Shown: positions 48,910 to 60,885, counted from the stretch's first letter. The stretch is 64,000 nt of DNA from an uncultured Candidatus Saccharibacteria bacterium (GCA_964552045.1 CAZKFF010000002.1:3855-67854); one strand, 5' to 3'. Numbers and translations: made by a program. The notes: generated by a model from the letters alone, not told the origin.

Positions 48910-50349
48910 ATGAATCTTTCTAAACTCTCCGTGGCGCTCGTCATTGCGTTCATCGTGTGTTCTATTGCCGCAGTTGCGCTGATCCTCCTCCTCGGTGGGA
49001 CAGAATTGCTGTGGTTTCTGCGGGTGAACCTGATCCAGGCATTCGGGCTTGGAATTGCCGTCACAGCGTCACTCTTCTTCTTCCTTCGTCTGGTGTGGCG
49101 GCTCCACGCGCTCCCCATGGAGATCTCGATGGTATTTTTCGTTATCGGTGTTGCGATGTTTGTCTCAGTGTCCTTTGGCAGTCTCTACGCATTTCAGTAC
49201 CCCGTGTTTGTGAATTCGTTCGGACCGGGTATGGGACCGGGACTGCCGCTCTCTAATGTCATCACATTCTTCCGTCACGTTCATTCATTTGAACGTGTCG
49301 AGAATATTGCCCGCAATCCCAACGACGTCCCGCCGCCGATCACCCTTCAAAAGGAAGCAGCGGATCCGATCGCTCTTGTAGCCACAAGTTCTGTTGCCAC
49401 AAGTTCTGCAACAACTACGGGTCTCCAGAACGGAACATCCACTCCGTTGACGGAAGCCGCTGTAACAGAGCGCGGGAATGAGGTCGTGAAGGTATACCTT
49501 GAGACCAAAGAGGTCTTAAGTGAGATCGGTCCCGATATTGTTTTCAATTACTGGACGTTCAACGGCACGGTTCCCGGACCGTTCGTGCGCGTGCGCGAAG
49601 GCGACACTGTGGAGGTCACCATTCACAACGATGAGACGAGCCTCCACAGCCACAATATCGACTTCCATGCAGCAACCGGTCCGGGAGGCGGCGGAGCAGT
49701 ATCGGTGGTTGCTCCCGGAGAAACCAAGACGTTCAGTTTCAAAGCGATGGACCCCGGACTCTTTGTGTACCACTGTGCGGTGCCGAATATGGCAGTCCAT
49801 ATGACCCACGGCATGTACGGCCTTATCTTGGTGGAACCCGAAGAAGGTTTAACGCCGGTTGATAAGGAGTTCTACATAATGCAGGGCGAGCTCTATACCA
49901 CAGGGAAGCTTGGTCGCTCAGGACTGCAGGTCTTTGACGCGCAGAAAATGCTCGACGGCAAGCCGGAGTATGTTGTGTTCAATGGCAAAACCGGAGGATT
50001 GGGTGCTGAGATGCAGGCGAAGGTTGGAGATAAGATCCGCATATATGTCGGCAACGGCGGGGTGACTTCCGTATCTTCATTCCATGTGGTCGGCGAGGTG
50101 TTTGATACCGTCTATCCCGAAGCATCGCTTGGAGGCGCAGTATTTAAGGATATCCAAACAACCGTCATCCCTGCAGGTGGCGCGACAATCGTCGAGTTTA
50201 CTGTTGACTATCCGGGCAAGTACACGCTTGTTGATCACGCGCTCATGCGTACTGACAAAGGTGCATGGGGAACGCTCACCGTAAAAGGCGAGGCAGACCC
50301 GTCGATCTTCAATGGTGATTTCAGCACAAGCGGAACCGCAGGTCACTAA
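48910..50349 (+). CDS. nirK: Copper-containing nitrite reductase (NirK-like) with N-terminal polytopic membrane extension
   Basis: Type-2 Cu HNIDFHAATG and type-1 Cu CAVPNMAVHMTHGM motifs, two cupredoxin domains; start at ATG 48910 (upstream Arg-rich ORF extension rejected); ~170-aa 4-TM N-terminus plus Ser/Thr linker. Confidence 0.8.
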   Translation: MNLSKLSVALVIAFIVCSIAAVALILLLGGTELLWFLRVNLIQAFGLGIAVTASLFFFLRLVWRLHALPMEISMVFFVIGVAMFVSVSFGSLYAFQYPVFVNSFGPGMGPGLPLSNVITFFRHVHSFERVENIARNPNDVPPPITLQKEAADPIALVATSSVATSSATTTGLQNGTSTPLTEAAVTERGNEVVKVYLETKEVLSEIGPDIVFNYWTFNGTVPGPFVRVREGDTVEVTIHNDETSLHSHNIDFHAATGPGGGGAVSVVAPGETKTFSFKAMDPGLFVYHCAVPNMAVHMTHGMYGLILVEPEEGLTPVDKEFYIMQGELYTTGKLGRSGLQVFDAQKMLDGKPEYVVFNGKTGGLGAEMQAKVGDKIRIYVGNGGVTSVSSFHVVGEVFDTVYPEASLGGAVFKDIQTTVIPAGGATIVEFTVDYPGKYTLVDHALMRTDKGAWGTLTVKGEADPSIFNGDFSTSGTAGH

Positions 50350-50391
50350 GCACTCTCTTACGCTTCGGACGAATATGCTGTGTGATAGCAT

Positions 50392-52047
50392 ATGCATAGT
50401 ATGAAGCTTGCCGAGGAACTCAAGCAACGGATCACGGGAGAAGTCACTGACGACCCTTCTACACTCGAGAAGTACAGCGAAGACACGAGCATTTTCCATA
50501 TCAAGCCCGCGTGCGTTGTGGTACCAAAAAACAGTGATGATCTTCGTGCGCTTATACAGTTCGCCGGAGAAAATCCGGGCGTATCACTCACTGCACGTAG
50601 TGCCGGAACCGATATGTCGGGCGGTCCGTTAAACGATTCGGTCATCGTCTGTATGACCGAACATTTCAACCGCATCATTGAAGTGGGGGAGGATTATGCA
50701 ATTGCGCAGCCGGGAGTTTTCTACCGCGATTTTGAAAAAGCAACGCTCCAAAAAGGATTGTTGCTGCCGTGCTACACCGCCTCACGTGAACTCAATACCG
50801 TCGGTGGCATGGTCGCCAATAATTCCGCAGGAGAGAAGTCGCTTACGTACGGTAAAACAGACAAGTATGTGCGCGAACTTAAGGTCATGTTGCGCGATGG
50901 CAACGAGTATGTGTTCCGTAAGCTCAACCGCCAGGAGCTCGAGGAAAAGAAAAGTCTCCAGACATTCGAGGGGCAGATCTACCGCGATGTTGATTGGCTC
51001 ATTCATGAGCGCATCGATACCATCCGCGCGGGCAAACCGATCGTCTCAAAGAATTCCGCAGGGTACGCGATCTGGAATGTCTGGAACGAAGCAGAGGATA
51101 CGTTTGATCTCACCCAGCTTTTTGTTGGTTCGCAGGGGACACTCGGGCTGATCACCGAGATCACCTTCAAACTGGTGAAACCAAAAACCCATTCCCGTAT
51201 GCTCATACTGTTTTTGCGACCGCATCACATGAGCATTCTGGGGGAGCTTGTGAATACGGTCCTGCGAGAGAAACCTGAAAGTTTTGAATCGTATGATGAC
51301 AAGACCTTTGGCGTGATGCTCCGTGTATTACCGCAGCTTATGAAGCGTCTGGGAGGTAATGTTTTCACGTTGCCGTTTTCATTTTTGCCTGAAGCGCGGA
51401 TGTTCCTCACCGGCGGTATACCAAAGCTGGTTCTTATGGCTGAGTTTACCGGAGATTCTGAAGCTGAGGTCATCGCAGCAGCAGAACGTGCACAAGATGA
51501 CGTACGGGCACGCTTTACGGTTGCGAGTCACGTCACGCGTTCGCAAAAAGAGGGTGACAAATACTGGATCATACGTCGGGAAAGTTTCAATCTGCTTCGC
51601 AACAATGTGCACGAGAAACATACAGCACCGTTTATCGACGACATTTCCGTACGACCGGAGTATTTGCCGGAATTCCTCCCGAAGCTGTATGCCATCATGG
51701 CGCAGTACAAGATCATCTTCACGATCGCCGGACACATCGGTGACGGAAATTTCCATATCATTCCGCTCATGGATTTCTCCCGTCCCGATTTTGTGACCAT
51801 CATCCGTGAACTTTCCAACAGGGTGTATGCACTCGTGGGGGAATACCACGGTTCGATCACGGGGGAGCACAACGACGGGCTTATCCGTACACCGTTTCTT
51901 GATCGGATGTTCTCTCCGCAGATGCTTAGCCTTTTTGCAGATCTGAAGAAGGTCTTTGATCCGCAGGGCATTTTCAATCCACACAAAAAGGTCGATGGTG
52001 ACATGGACCTTCTCTTCCGTTCGATCAAGCACGAGGTGAGGGATTAG
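50392..52047 (+). CDS. FAD-linked oxidase (PCMH-type FAD-binding domain; GlcD/D-lactate dehydrogenase family)
   Basis: FAD_binding_4-like N-terminal domain (ARSAGTDMSGGPLN) plus C-terminal substrate domain. Confidence 0.85.
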   Translation: MHSMKLAEELKQRITGEVTDDPSTLEKYSEDTSIFHIKPACVVVPKNSDDLRALIQFAGENPGVSLTARSAGTDMSGGPLNDSVIVCMTEHFNRIIEVGEDYAIAQPGVFYRDFEKATLQKGLLLPCYTASRELNTVGGMVANNSAGEKSLTYGKTDKYVRELKVMLRDGNEYVFRKLNRQELEEKKSLQTFEGQIYRDVDWLIHERIDTIRAGKPIVSKNSAGYAIWNVWNEAEDTFDLTQLFVGSQGTLGLITEITFKLVKPKTHSRMLILFLRPHHMSILGELVNTVLREKPESFESYDDKTFGVMLRVLPQLMKRLGGNVFTLPFSFLPEARMFLTGGIPKLVLMAEFTGDSEAEVIAAAERAQDDVRARFTVASHVTRSQKEGDKYWIIRRESFNLLRNNVHEKHTAPFIDDISVRPEYLPEFLPKLYAIMAQYKIIFTIAGHIGDGNFHIIPLMDFSRPDFVTIIRELSNRVYALVGEYHGSITGEHNDGLIRTPFLDRMFSPQMLSLFADLKKVFDPQGIFNPHKKVDGDMDLLFRSIKHEVRD

Positions 52048-52116
52048 GTTTGGAATCTCCGTATACGTGACGTATACCTTCCGTCACGTACGTTCATCGT
52101 TTATCGGGGCATCGCA

Positions 52117-52275
52117 TAATGGCAACCACGTGCGTCGCGTTCTTCTACATGCTCACGCCGTACGCATATTTCCCGATACTCATCCTTGCGCTCGCTGGTG
52201 TGGCGACATTTATACAATTGTTCGCCAACATGATCGGATGGAAGGCTGAACAGCTAAAACAGGATGTGGAAGGGT
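52117..52275 (+). pseudogene. Orphaned 3' fragment of the DUF1360 gene (copy of 48739-48898)
   Basis: 126 nt identical to the 3' end of the intact gene at 48416-48898 except for one mismatch, then a diverged tail; only the C-terminal ~50 codons are present. Confidence 0.7.
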
Positions 52276-52345
52276 AGAGGAGTTTGACATTCGCATCAAA
52301 AGGAGCACTATAGTGCCCGGCATAGTCAAGAAAGGGGTAGAGATA

Positions 52346-52519
52346 ATGCGGTCAAACACTCGGGTGACGCTTGCAGTCGCTGCGGCCATTCTCTTGGCGG
52401 GGGGAATTTTTCATTTGGTCGAGAAATTTCCTCCTCCGAGCGATACGCGGTGTTTCGCTCCGGGCGGATCCTTCTACGTAAAGCTGAATGAGGATGGCAC
52501 CTTCGCGAAGATCGAGTAA
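52346..52519 (+). CDS. Small secreted or membrane protein (57 aa, hypothetical)
   Basis: GGGGTAGAG SD-like sequence before ATG 52346; N-terminal hydrophobic segment. Confidence 0.35.
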   Translation: MRSNTRVTLAVAAAILLAGGIFHLVEKFPPPSDTRCFAPGGSFYVKLNEDGTFAKIE

Positions 52520-52526
52520 GACAAAC

Positions 52527-52552
52527 AGGCCGGCGCACGTCGGCCTTTTTCG
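52527..52552 (+). terminator. Intrinsic terminator
   Basis: aggccggcgcacgtcggcct followed by TTTTT. Confidence 0.65.
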
Positions 52553-52570
52553 TGCCTGTATGCTTATGTG

Positions 52571-52591
52571 GTCGGGATGACGGGAATCGAA
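52571..52591 (-). repeat. tRNA 3'-end-like repeat, copy 1 (T-loop, acceptor 3' strand and CCA) without a tRNA body
   Basis: Minus-strand reading TTCGATTCCCGTCATCCCGACCA; upstream sequence forms no D, anticodon or T-stem pairing. Confidence 0.5.
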
Positions 52592-52683
52592 GCTTACAGC
52601 TTCAGTACAGGTTGTCGGTGTTTCTTATCGCAAGCTCCAGAAATACCGACAACCTCTTCGATCGCTCCGAGCGATAGAAACAC

Positions 52684-52717
52684 AAAAGCTCAGTGCAAGG
52701 CTGAGCTTTTGTGTTTT
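52684..52717. terminator. Bidirectional terminator hairpin
   Basis: aaaagctcag tgcaagg ctgagctttt with T/A runs on both sides. Confidence 0.65.
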
Positions 52718-52738
52718 GTCGGGATGCCGGGAATCGAA
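52718..52738 (-). repeat. tRNA 3'-end-like repeat, copy 2
   Basis: gtcgggatgCcgggaatcgaa, 20/21 identical to copy 1; no complementary 5' acceptor strand within 90 nt. Confidence 0.5.
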
Positions 52739-52796
52739 CCTGGGCCACACGTCCTCTGGGCGCAGATGCCCACCGGACATCTGGTGAAAAACTGAG

Positions 52797-52867
52797 TCGG
52801 GGTAACCGGAATCGAACCGATGTCTTACCCACCCCATGGGTATATACTGCCCCTATACTATACCCCG
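52797..52867 (-). tRNA. tRNA-Pro (anticodon GGG)
   Basis: Manual fold: acceptor CGGGGTA/TACCCCG, anticodon stem TACCC/GGGTA with loop AUGGGGU, T-arm ATCGG-TTCGATT-CCGGT; D-stem needs G-U pairs. Confidence 0.7.
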
Positions 52868-53003
52868 AATCAATTTTTCACCCCCATGCGTGCGCACTGT
52901 CACTATGCTACACCCCGATTGACGCACCAGTATAGCCGATGCTGCGCTTGATTGACAACAAATGGTACATTGTGTCTAATGGTCGCAGGTAAAGGAGGAT
53001 CTC

Positions 53004-53405
53004 ATGCTACTTACTCACCGGTCTGTTGTGACCTTTCTGTTCGTGTTCTTCTCTGCGGGGCTTCTGTTCTACGTACTCGGCGTTGCCGAGAACGGATCTG
53101 ATCTGATGCTCTCCATTGCTGGCAGAGCACCGATCCCGTTCTGGCTGCTGTGCTTCGCTTCCGCATTCATCGGGACGCTCTCGGGCTTCGCATTTGGGGA
53201 GCAGACCAGGCTCTCGGGAGTACTCTATCTCTTTGGGGCGCCGCTGTTCTTCGTCCTCGGGTTCGGAGAGGTACGGCCGTTGTTGCTTGTCCTCTCAGTC
53301 TATGCTTTCCACGCCTTCATGTTTCTCCTCGTCCTCCTCTCTGTGGGACTGATGCAGAAGCGCGAGTATGAAGCTGAGCAGCATGACACTATATCGGGGA
53401 TCTGA
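53004..53405 (+). CDS. Small 4-TM membrane protein (hypothetical)
   Basis: 133-aa hydrophobic ORF; GGAGGA SD before the ATG. Confidence 0.55.
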   Translation: MLLTHRSVVTFLFVFFSAGLLFYVLGVAENGSDLMLSIAGRAPIPFWLLCFASAFIGTLSGFAFGEQTRLSGVLYLFGAPLFFVLGFGEVRPLLLVLSVYAFHAFMFLLVLLSVGLMQKREYEAEQHDTISGI

Positions 53406-53407
53406 CC

Positions 53408-53455
53408 GGAGGGCCGCAACGCTTGCGTTGCGGCCCTTGTTTGTTTGCACAGTTG
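53408..53455 (+). terminator. Intrinsic terminator
   Basis: gggccgcaacgc ttgc gttgcggccc followed by a T-rich run. Confidence 0.75.
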
Positions 53456-53469
53456 TGGTATTGTGTCGT

Positions 53470-53627
53470 GCAACAGGCTCAAGACAGTTGGTCTCTTTCC
53501 GTAAAGGGAAAGAGGTAATGAACCGCTTGGTTCGCCAGCCGAGGTCCACTATTTTTTAGATGGAGGTCGAAGCCTAATGGAACCTACGTTCCACTGGGCC
53601 TGTTTTTATCCAATGATTTCTTAAATC
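53470..53627 (+). promoter_or_regulatory. Possible ribosomal protein L10 leader (autoregulatory structure) upstream of rplJ
   Basis: ~160-nt structured untranslated region with hairpins (ctctttcc/ggaaagag; tggaacc/ggttcca); assignment by position and analogy only. Confidence 0.25.
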
Positions 53628-54119
53628 ATGGCAATTACAAAAGCAAAGAAGGAAGAGATCCTTGCAAAACTCGAAGGCATCAAGAATGAAGCCGACTCCA
53701 TCGTGTTCGTCCATTTCAACGGCTTGCCGGTTAAGGACAGTACCGATATGCGCGCTAAACTGCGCGAAGAGGGAGTTGGATTCCTCGTTGCCAAGAAGAC
53801 GCTGATGGAGCGGGCATTTAATGGTGCATTCGAAGGTGAGATGCCTATGCTTGACGGCGAGATTGCCGTTGCGTATTCAGAAGACGCAATCGCTCCAGCG
53901 CAGAACATCAAAGAGTTCGCAGGGAAATACAAGGACAATCTTGCGATCGTTGGCGGAGTGTTCCAGGGCGTATACAAGAGCAAGGAAGAGATGACAGAGA
54001 TAGCATCTATACCGTCACTTCAGGTGCTGCGCGGTATGTTCGTCAACATCATCAATTCTCCGATCCAGGGACTGGTTATTGGTCTCGATGCAATCGCTCA
54101 GAAAAAGGAAGCAGCATAA
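53628..54119 (+). CDS. rplJ: 50S ribosomal protein L10
   Basis: 163 aa; conserved L10 N-terminus. Confidence 0.95.
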   Translation: MAITKAKKEEILAKLEGIKNEADSIVFVHFNGLPVKDSTDMRAKLREEGVGFLVAKKTLMERAFNGAFEGEMPMLDGEIAVAYSEDAIAPAQNIKEFAGKYKDNLAIVGGVFQGVYKSKEEMTEIASIPSLQVLRGMFVNIINSPIQGLVIGLDAIAQKKEAA

Positions 54120-54140
54120 TTTATTGTTAATACAAATATC

Positions 54141-54569
54141 ATGGCAGAAGAAACAACAGAGGTAGTTGCAGAAACTACAGAAGAAACAATCGAGGTGCCT
54201 GCGAAATTCAAGGCGCTTGTTGATCAGGTAGAAGAGATGTCAGTGCTTGAGCTTCATGAGCTCGTGAAGGTACTCGAAAAGAAATTCGGCGTTTCAGCAC
54301 AGGCAGTTGCTGTCGCAGGTCCGGCAGCAGGCAATGGCGCTGATGCGGGCGAGGAGCAGTCAGAGTTCACTGTTGAACTTACTGACGGCGGCGCTCAGAA
54401 GATCGCGGTCATCAAGGTAGTGAAGGAGGCGCTTGGTCTCGGACTCAAGGAAGCGAAGGATATGGTAGACGCAGCTCCTTCAGTCGTGAAGGAGGGTATG
54501 AAGAAGGAGGATGCGGAAGCCCTTAAAGCAAAGCTTGAGGAAGCTGGTGCTAAAGTGACATTGAAATAA
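54141..54569 (+). CDS. rplL: 50S ribosomal protein L7/L12
   Basis: 142 aa; Ala/Gly hinge and C-terminal domain. Confidence 0.95.
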   Translation: MAEETTEVVAETTEETIEVPAKFKALVDQVEEMSVLELHELVKVLEKKFGVSAQAVAVAGPAAGNGADAGEEQSEFTVELTDGGAQKIAVIKVVKEALGLGLKEAKDMVDAAPSVVKEGMKKEDAEALKAKLEEAGAKVTLK

Positions 54570-54585
54570 GTTTCCTAATCCAAAA

Positions 54586-54613
54586 CAAAAACGCCCATAT
54601 GGGCGTTTTTTTT
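54586..54613 (+). terminator. Intrinsic terminator after rplL
   Basis: aaaaacgccc atat gggcgttttttttt. Confidence 0.85.
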
Positions 54614-54619
54614 GGCAAG

Positions 54620-54819
54620 AAATTTTCAAAGTTACTTTAGAGGCGCAGCGATACGAAGCGCTCCTCCCTAGAGCGCTGAGGCAGCGAGCCGGCGGCCGAG
54701 AGTTCTTATTATCTTTCAGAGCGTAGCGAATGAAAGTAGTTAGAAACTCGTGGCAAAGTTACACTAAAATAAGTTTTTCAGAGAAAATAAAAGCGAAGGA
54801 CAATCTTCGCTTTTATTTG
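54620..54819 (+). promoter_or_regulatory. Structured leader with intrinsic terminator upstream of the MATE exporter gene (candidate riboswitch or attenuator)
   Basis: GC-rich hairpins (agcgctc.../gagcgct; gcgcagcg-atacgaa-gcgc) followed by terminator aaaagcgaag gacaat cttcgctttt + T-run at 54788-54819, 45 nt before ATG 54864. Confidence 0.25.
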
Positions 54820-54863
54820 CTCAGATCATGTGACAAATTGAAGCGTGTGCGCTAGTCTTTGGT

Positions 54864-56294
54864 ATGCCAGAAAAAACCCGAACCCTTTTAGAAGGACCGA
54901 TCATCACCTCGCTTGTTACGCTGGCGCTTCCGATCGTATGTGCCAATCTCCTGCAATCAGCGTACCAGCTCACTGACGCTTTTTGGGTAGGCCGACTTGG
55001 CGGAACGGCTGTTGCTGCCGTATCGGTAAGTTTTCCGGTTATTTTTCTGCAGATCGCGCTTGGTGCAGGCTTGGCGGTTGCGGGGTCAACGCTCATCGCC
55101 CAGTACTTCGGTGCCCGTAATGAAGCAATGGTCAACCGGGTCGCTGCACAGACGCTGTTAATGGTTGCGTGCGTGTCGCTTCTCCTTGGAACGCTCGGTT
55201 TTTTTCTTGCTCCGCACATACTTACGCTCATGGGAGTATCATCTGAAGTCCATGATGCAGCGCTCGGATTCATGCGCGTATCATTTGCCGGATTGATCTT
55301 TACCTTTGGATTCGCTATGTTCCAGTCGATCATGCGCGGCATCGGACAGGTGACGCTTCCTTTATATATTGTGGGCAGTACCGTATTACTCAATGCCCTG
55401 CTCGATCCGTTCTTCATCTTCGGTTTTGGACCGTTTGCGGGACATGGAGTAATGGGTGCTGCAGTAGCTACTCTGTGCACGCAGGGTATTGCCGCGCTCT
55501 GCGGCCTTCTGGTCCTGTTTTGGGGTAAGTACGGTATTCATTTGCATCTGCACGATTTCGCACCGGATCTTTCATTCATGAAGCGTGCGTTTCTCCTCGG
55601 GTTTCCCGCTTCCGTTGAGCAGTCCGCTCGGGCGCTTGGTCTCACGATCATGACCTTTCTCATCGCAAGCTTCGGCACGCTTGCGGTCGCATCATATGGT
55701 GTCGGGTCGAATATCCTGCAGTTTATTGTCATTATCGCGCTCGGATTTTCTATGGCGGTATCGACGCTCGTCGGGCAGAACATCGGTGCCGGACAAATAG
55801 AGCGCGCGTCTGCCATTGCCCGCTTGGGAGCGGTTCTTTCGTTCAGTATCTTCTCCGTTCTGGGCGTATTTGCGTTCCTGTTCGCACCGCATCTCATAGC
55901 ATTCTTTGTGCCGAATGATCCTGAAGTGATCAAAGCGGGAGCGACTTTTGTGCGCACTGTTTCCCTCACGTATGGATTTATCGGTCTGCAGATGTCCTTG
56001 AACGGCGTTTTCCGCGCATCAGGCAACATGCTGGCGACTATGATCCTCGCGCTCGTTTCCCAATGGGTGCTGCAGTTTCCGATCGCATATCTGCTCTCAA
56101 AGCACACCTCGCTCGGAATCGGAGGGTTGTGGTGGGCGTTCCCGGTCACCAACATTCTTATGGCGGGCATCACATTCGCGTGGTATCTGAAAGGGGACTG
56201 GAAAAAGAAGCGTCTCACGCAGGAAGAGCAGTTCGCCGAGCAGGTCACCGAGGAAATCATCATTGAAGAAGGAGGACACAGGAGAGCCTCCTAG
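54864..56294 (+). CDS. MATE-family multidrug/oligosaccharide efflux transporter
   Basis: 476 aa; 12 TM helices with the duplicated MatE-domain pattern. Confidence 0.85.
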   Translation: MPEKTRTLLEGPIITSLVTLALPIVCANLLQSAYQLTDAFWVGRLGGTAVAAVSVSFPVIFLQIALGAGLAVAGSTLIAQYFGARNEAMVNRVAAQTLLMVACVSLLLGTLGFFLAPHILTLMGVSSEVHDAALGFMRVSFAGLIFTFGFAMFQSIMRGIGQVTLPLYIVGSTVLLNALLDPFFIFGFGPFAGHGVMGAAVATLCTQGIAALCGLLVLFWGKYGIHLHLHDFAPDLSFMKRAFLLGFPASVEQSARALGLTIMTFLIASFGTLAVASYGVGSNILQFIVIIALGFSMAVSTLVGQNIGAGQIERASAIARLGAVLSFSIFSVLGVFAFLFAPHLIAFFVPNDPEVIKAGATFVRTVSLTYGFIGLQMSLNGVFRASGNMLATMILALVSQWVLQFPIAYLLSKHTSLGIGGLWWAFPVTNILMAGITFAWYLKGDWKKKRLTQEEQFAEQVTEEIIIEEGGHRRAS

Positions 56295-56370
56295 GATTGG
56301 GACACCAACCCCCAAAACTGTAAAGACTGTGGATAGTCTACCCGATGCTATAATCGCATCACAATCCGAT

Positions 56371-56994
56371 ATGACCGATCCGCTCACCATTCTGTTTGGA
56401 AGCCAGGCGCGAGTGAAACTCCTCCGCTTCTTCCTTTTCAACCCTTCTAAAGAGTTCACATTCGATGAGATCAGCCGCAGGGCGCGGCTCGTGCGGCGCA
56501 CGGCGCGTACGGAAATGAATGCGCTTGAGCGTGCAGAGGTCATCAAGAAAAAGCAGTTCTATCTGCAGGCAGAAGGAAGCACGGTCAAAAAACGAGTGCA
56601 GGGATATGCGCTCAATAAGGAGTTCCCAAATCTGCAGTCGCTGCAGACCTTCCTCTTCGAGACCGCGCCGATAAACGGCAAGACCGTGCTGAAGCATCTG
56701 CGCAAGGCCGGCACGCTCGACTTTGTGTGCATCGCAGGCATCTTTGTGCGCGATTTCGATCAGCGCATTGACGTGCTTCTGGCAATGAAGAAGTATTCTC
56801 CTGCAAAAGTAGAGACTGCCATCCGCTCGCTTGAAGCAGAGCTTGGAGTGGAGATACGCTTTGCCGCCTTCGAATCGACCGATCTCCTGTATCGTGTTGG
56901 GATGTATGACAAGCTCACCCGTGATGTCTTCGACTACCCGCACCAGATAATCATTGACCGGATAGGCGTTAAGGACGAACTGCCGCGGCGATAG
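56371..56994 (+). CDS. Hypothetical protein with N-terminal winged-helix-like segment
   Basis: Start at MTDPLTILFG with a TATAAT box ~20 nt upstream; the 56263 start would overlap the MATE gene. Confidence 0.45.
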   Translation: MTDPLTILFGSQARVKLLRFFLFNPSKEFTFDEISRRARLVRRTARTEMNALERAEVIKKKQFYLQAEGSTVKKRVQGYALNKEFPNLQSLQTFLFETAPINGKTVLKHLRKAGTLDFVCIAGIFVRDFDQRIDVLLAMKKYSPAKVETAIRSLEAELGVEIRFAAFESTDLLYRVGMYDKLTRDVFDYPHQIIIDRIGVKDELPRR

Positions 56995-57083
56995 AGGCAA
57001 AAAGCAGGGAAATATCGGGGAAAGCGGAGCTTTCCCGGATATTTCCTGTGCACAAACCTGTGCACAATGGGAGGTATAAAACT

Positions 57084-57136
57084 CTTGATAAGTATCAAGA
57101 GAAAAGGCTTGACTTTGTTTTCGATTCATATAGAAT
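57084..57136 (+). promoter_or_regulatory. rRNA promoter: TTGACT-16-TAGAAT with upstream perfect palindrome CTTGATAAGTATCAAG
   Basis: Near-consensus sigma-70 -35/-10 elements ~740 nt upstream of 23S; palindrome at 57084-57099. Confidence 0.55.
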
Positions 57137-57142
57137 AGCGAG

Positions 57143-57875
57143 CACATTGTTATGAAATTTGAGTTAAGAAAACTGTAGCGGGACACGAGTTCTTAAAGGA
57201 TTCTTGTGCCGCGAAAAGCGGTTTTTTTAAAAACAAAGTTCAAGGTACGATGCGATTTTTGAAAATTGCATATTCTACTCGGATCGGGTGTAGGATACCC
57301 GGTCCGGTATAAGTCCTGTGTGCTCGACACACACAGGCATGTTCGCGTTCTCGTCGTTACTACGTCACAGCGAGGACAAGAGCAAGCTTGCTTGTTTTTA
57401 GTCCGAGCGAAGACGAAGTAAACACCGCAAGGTGTTTGCTGTTTCGAGAACGCGAACAAAGGTAGTGCGCAGAGTTAAGATTATGTACAAACGGTACAGG
57501 GTCTTTTCGTCCTCTGCGCACATCAAAACACATCGAGTCTTCAAGAGTCGTATTTTCTCTTGAAGACACAACACACTCAAAAAAATTGTACAGCGGTGTG
57601 AGAAAGTCCGGTGGACTTTCGCAAGAGGTTGCCTGTCTGCTGTCACAGCAGCGACAACCTGAACAGCTCCTGTAAGGAGCAGCATTCCTTGCGAATTTCT
57701 CAGAGTCGACTTTCTTAATATCGTTGTGCATGAAAAATTGTACAGCGGTGTACAGCATTCCTTACTGCGGAGTGAGCGAGTGTCGCGCAAAAGTTTACTT
57801 TTGCATGACCGAGCGAACGAACGCAGAAAGGTAACGAGTACGAAATATCGCAATGCGATGTCCAGTATTCCTTAC
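57143..57875 (+). other. Long structured 23S rRNA leader with internal ~150-bp imperfect tandem duplication and 5' arm of the processing stem
   Basis: Nested long-range helices (gttcgcgttctcg/cgagaacgcgaac; 11-bp gtcttcaagag hairpin); direct repeat aaaaattgtacagcggtgt at 57581 and 57733; agtattccttacagg pairs with cctgtaaggaatact at 60865-60879. Confidence 0.5.

Positions 57876-60885
<3,010 letters not shown>

Noticed and set aside
52571-52795. Two additional complete minus-strand tRNA genes
   Set aside because: Only T-loop, acceptor 3' strand and CCA are present; manual folding finds no 5' acceptor strand, D-arm or matching T-stem 5' strand, so they are annotated as tRNA-end-like repeats
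57000-57875. 16S rRNA or spacer tRNAs upstream of the 23S
   Set aside because: The 880-nt region lacks any 16S signature or cloverleaf; it begins right after a protein gene and is a promoter plus structured leader
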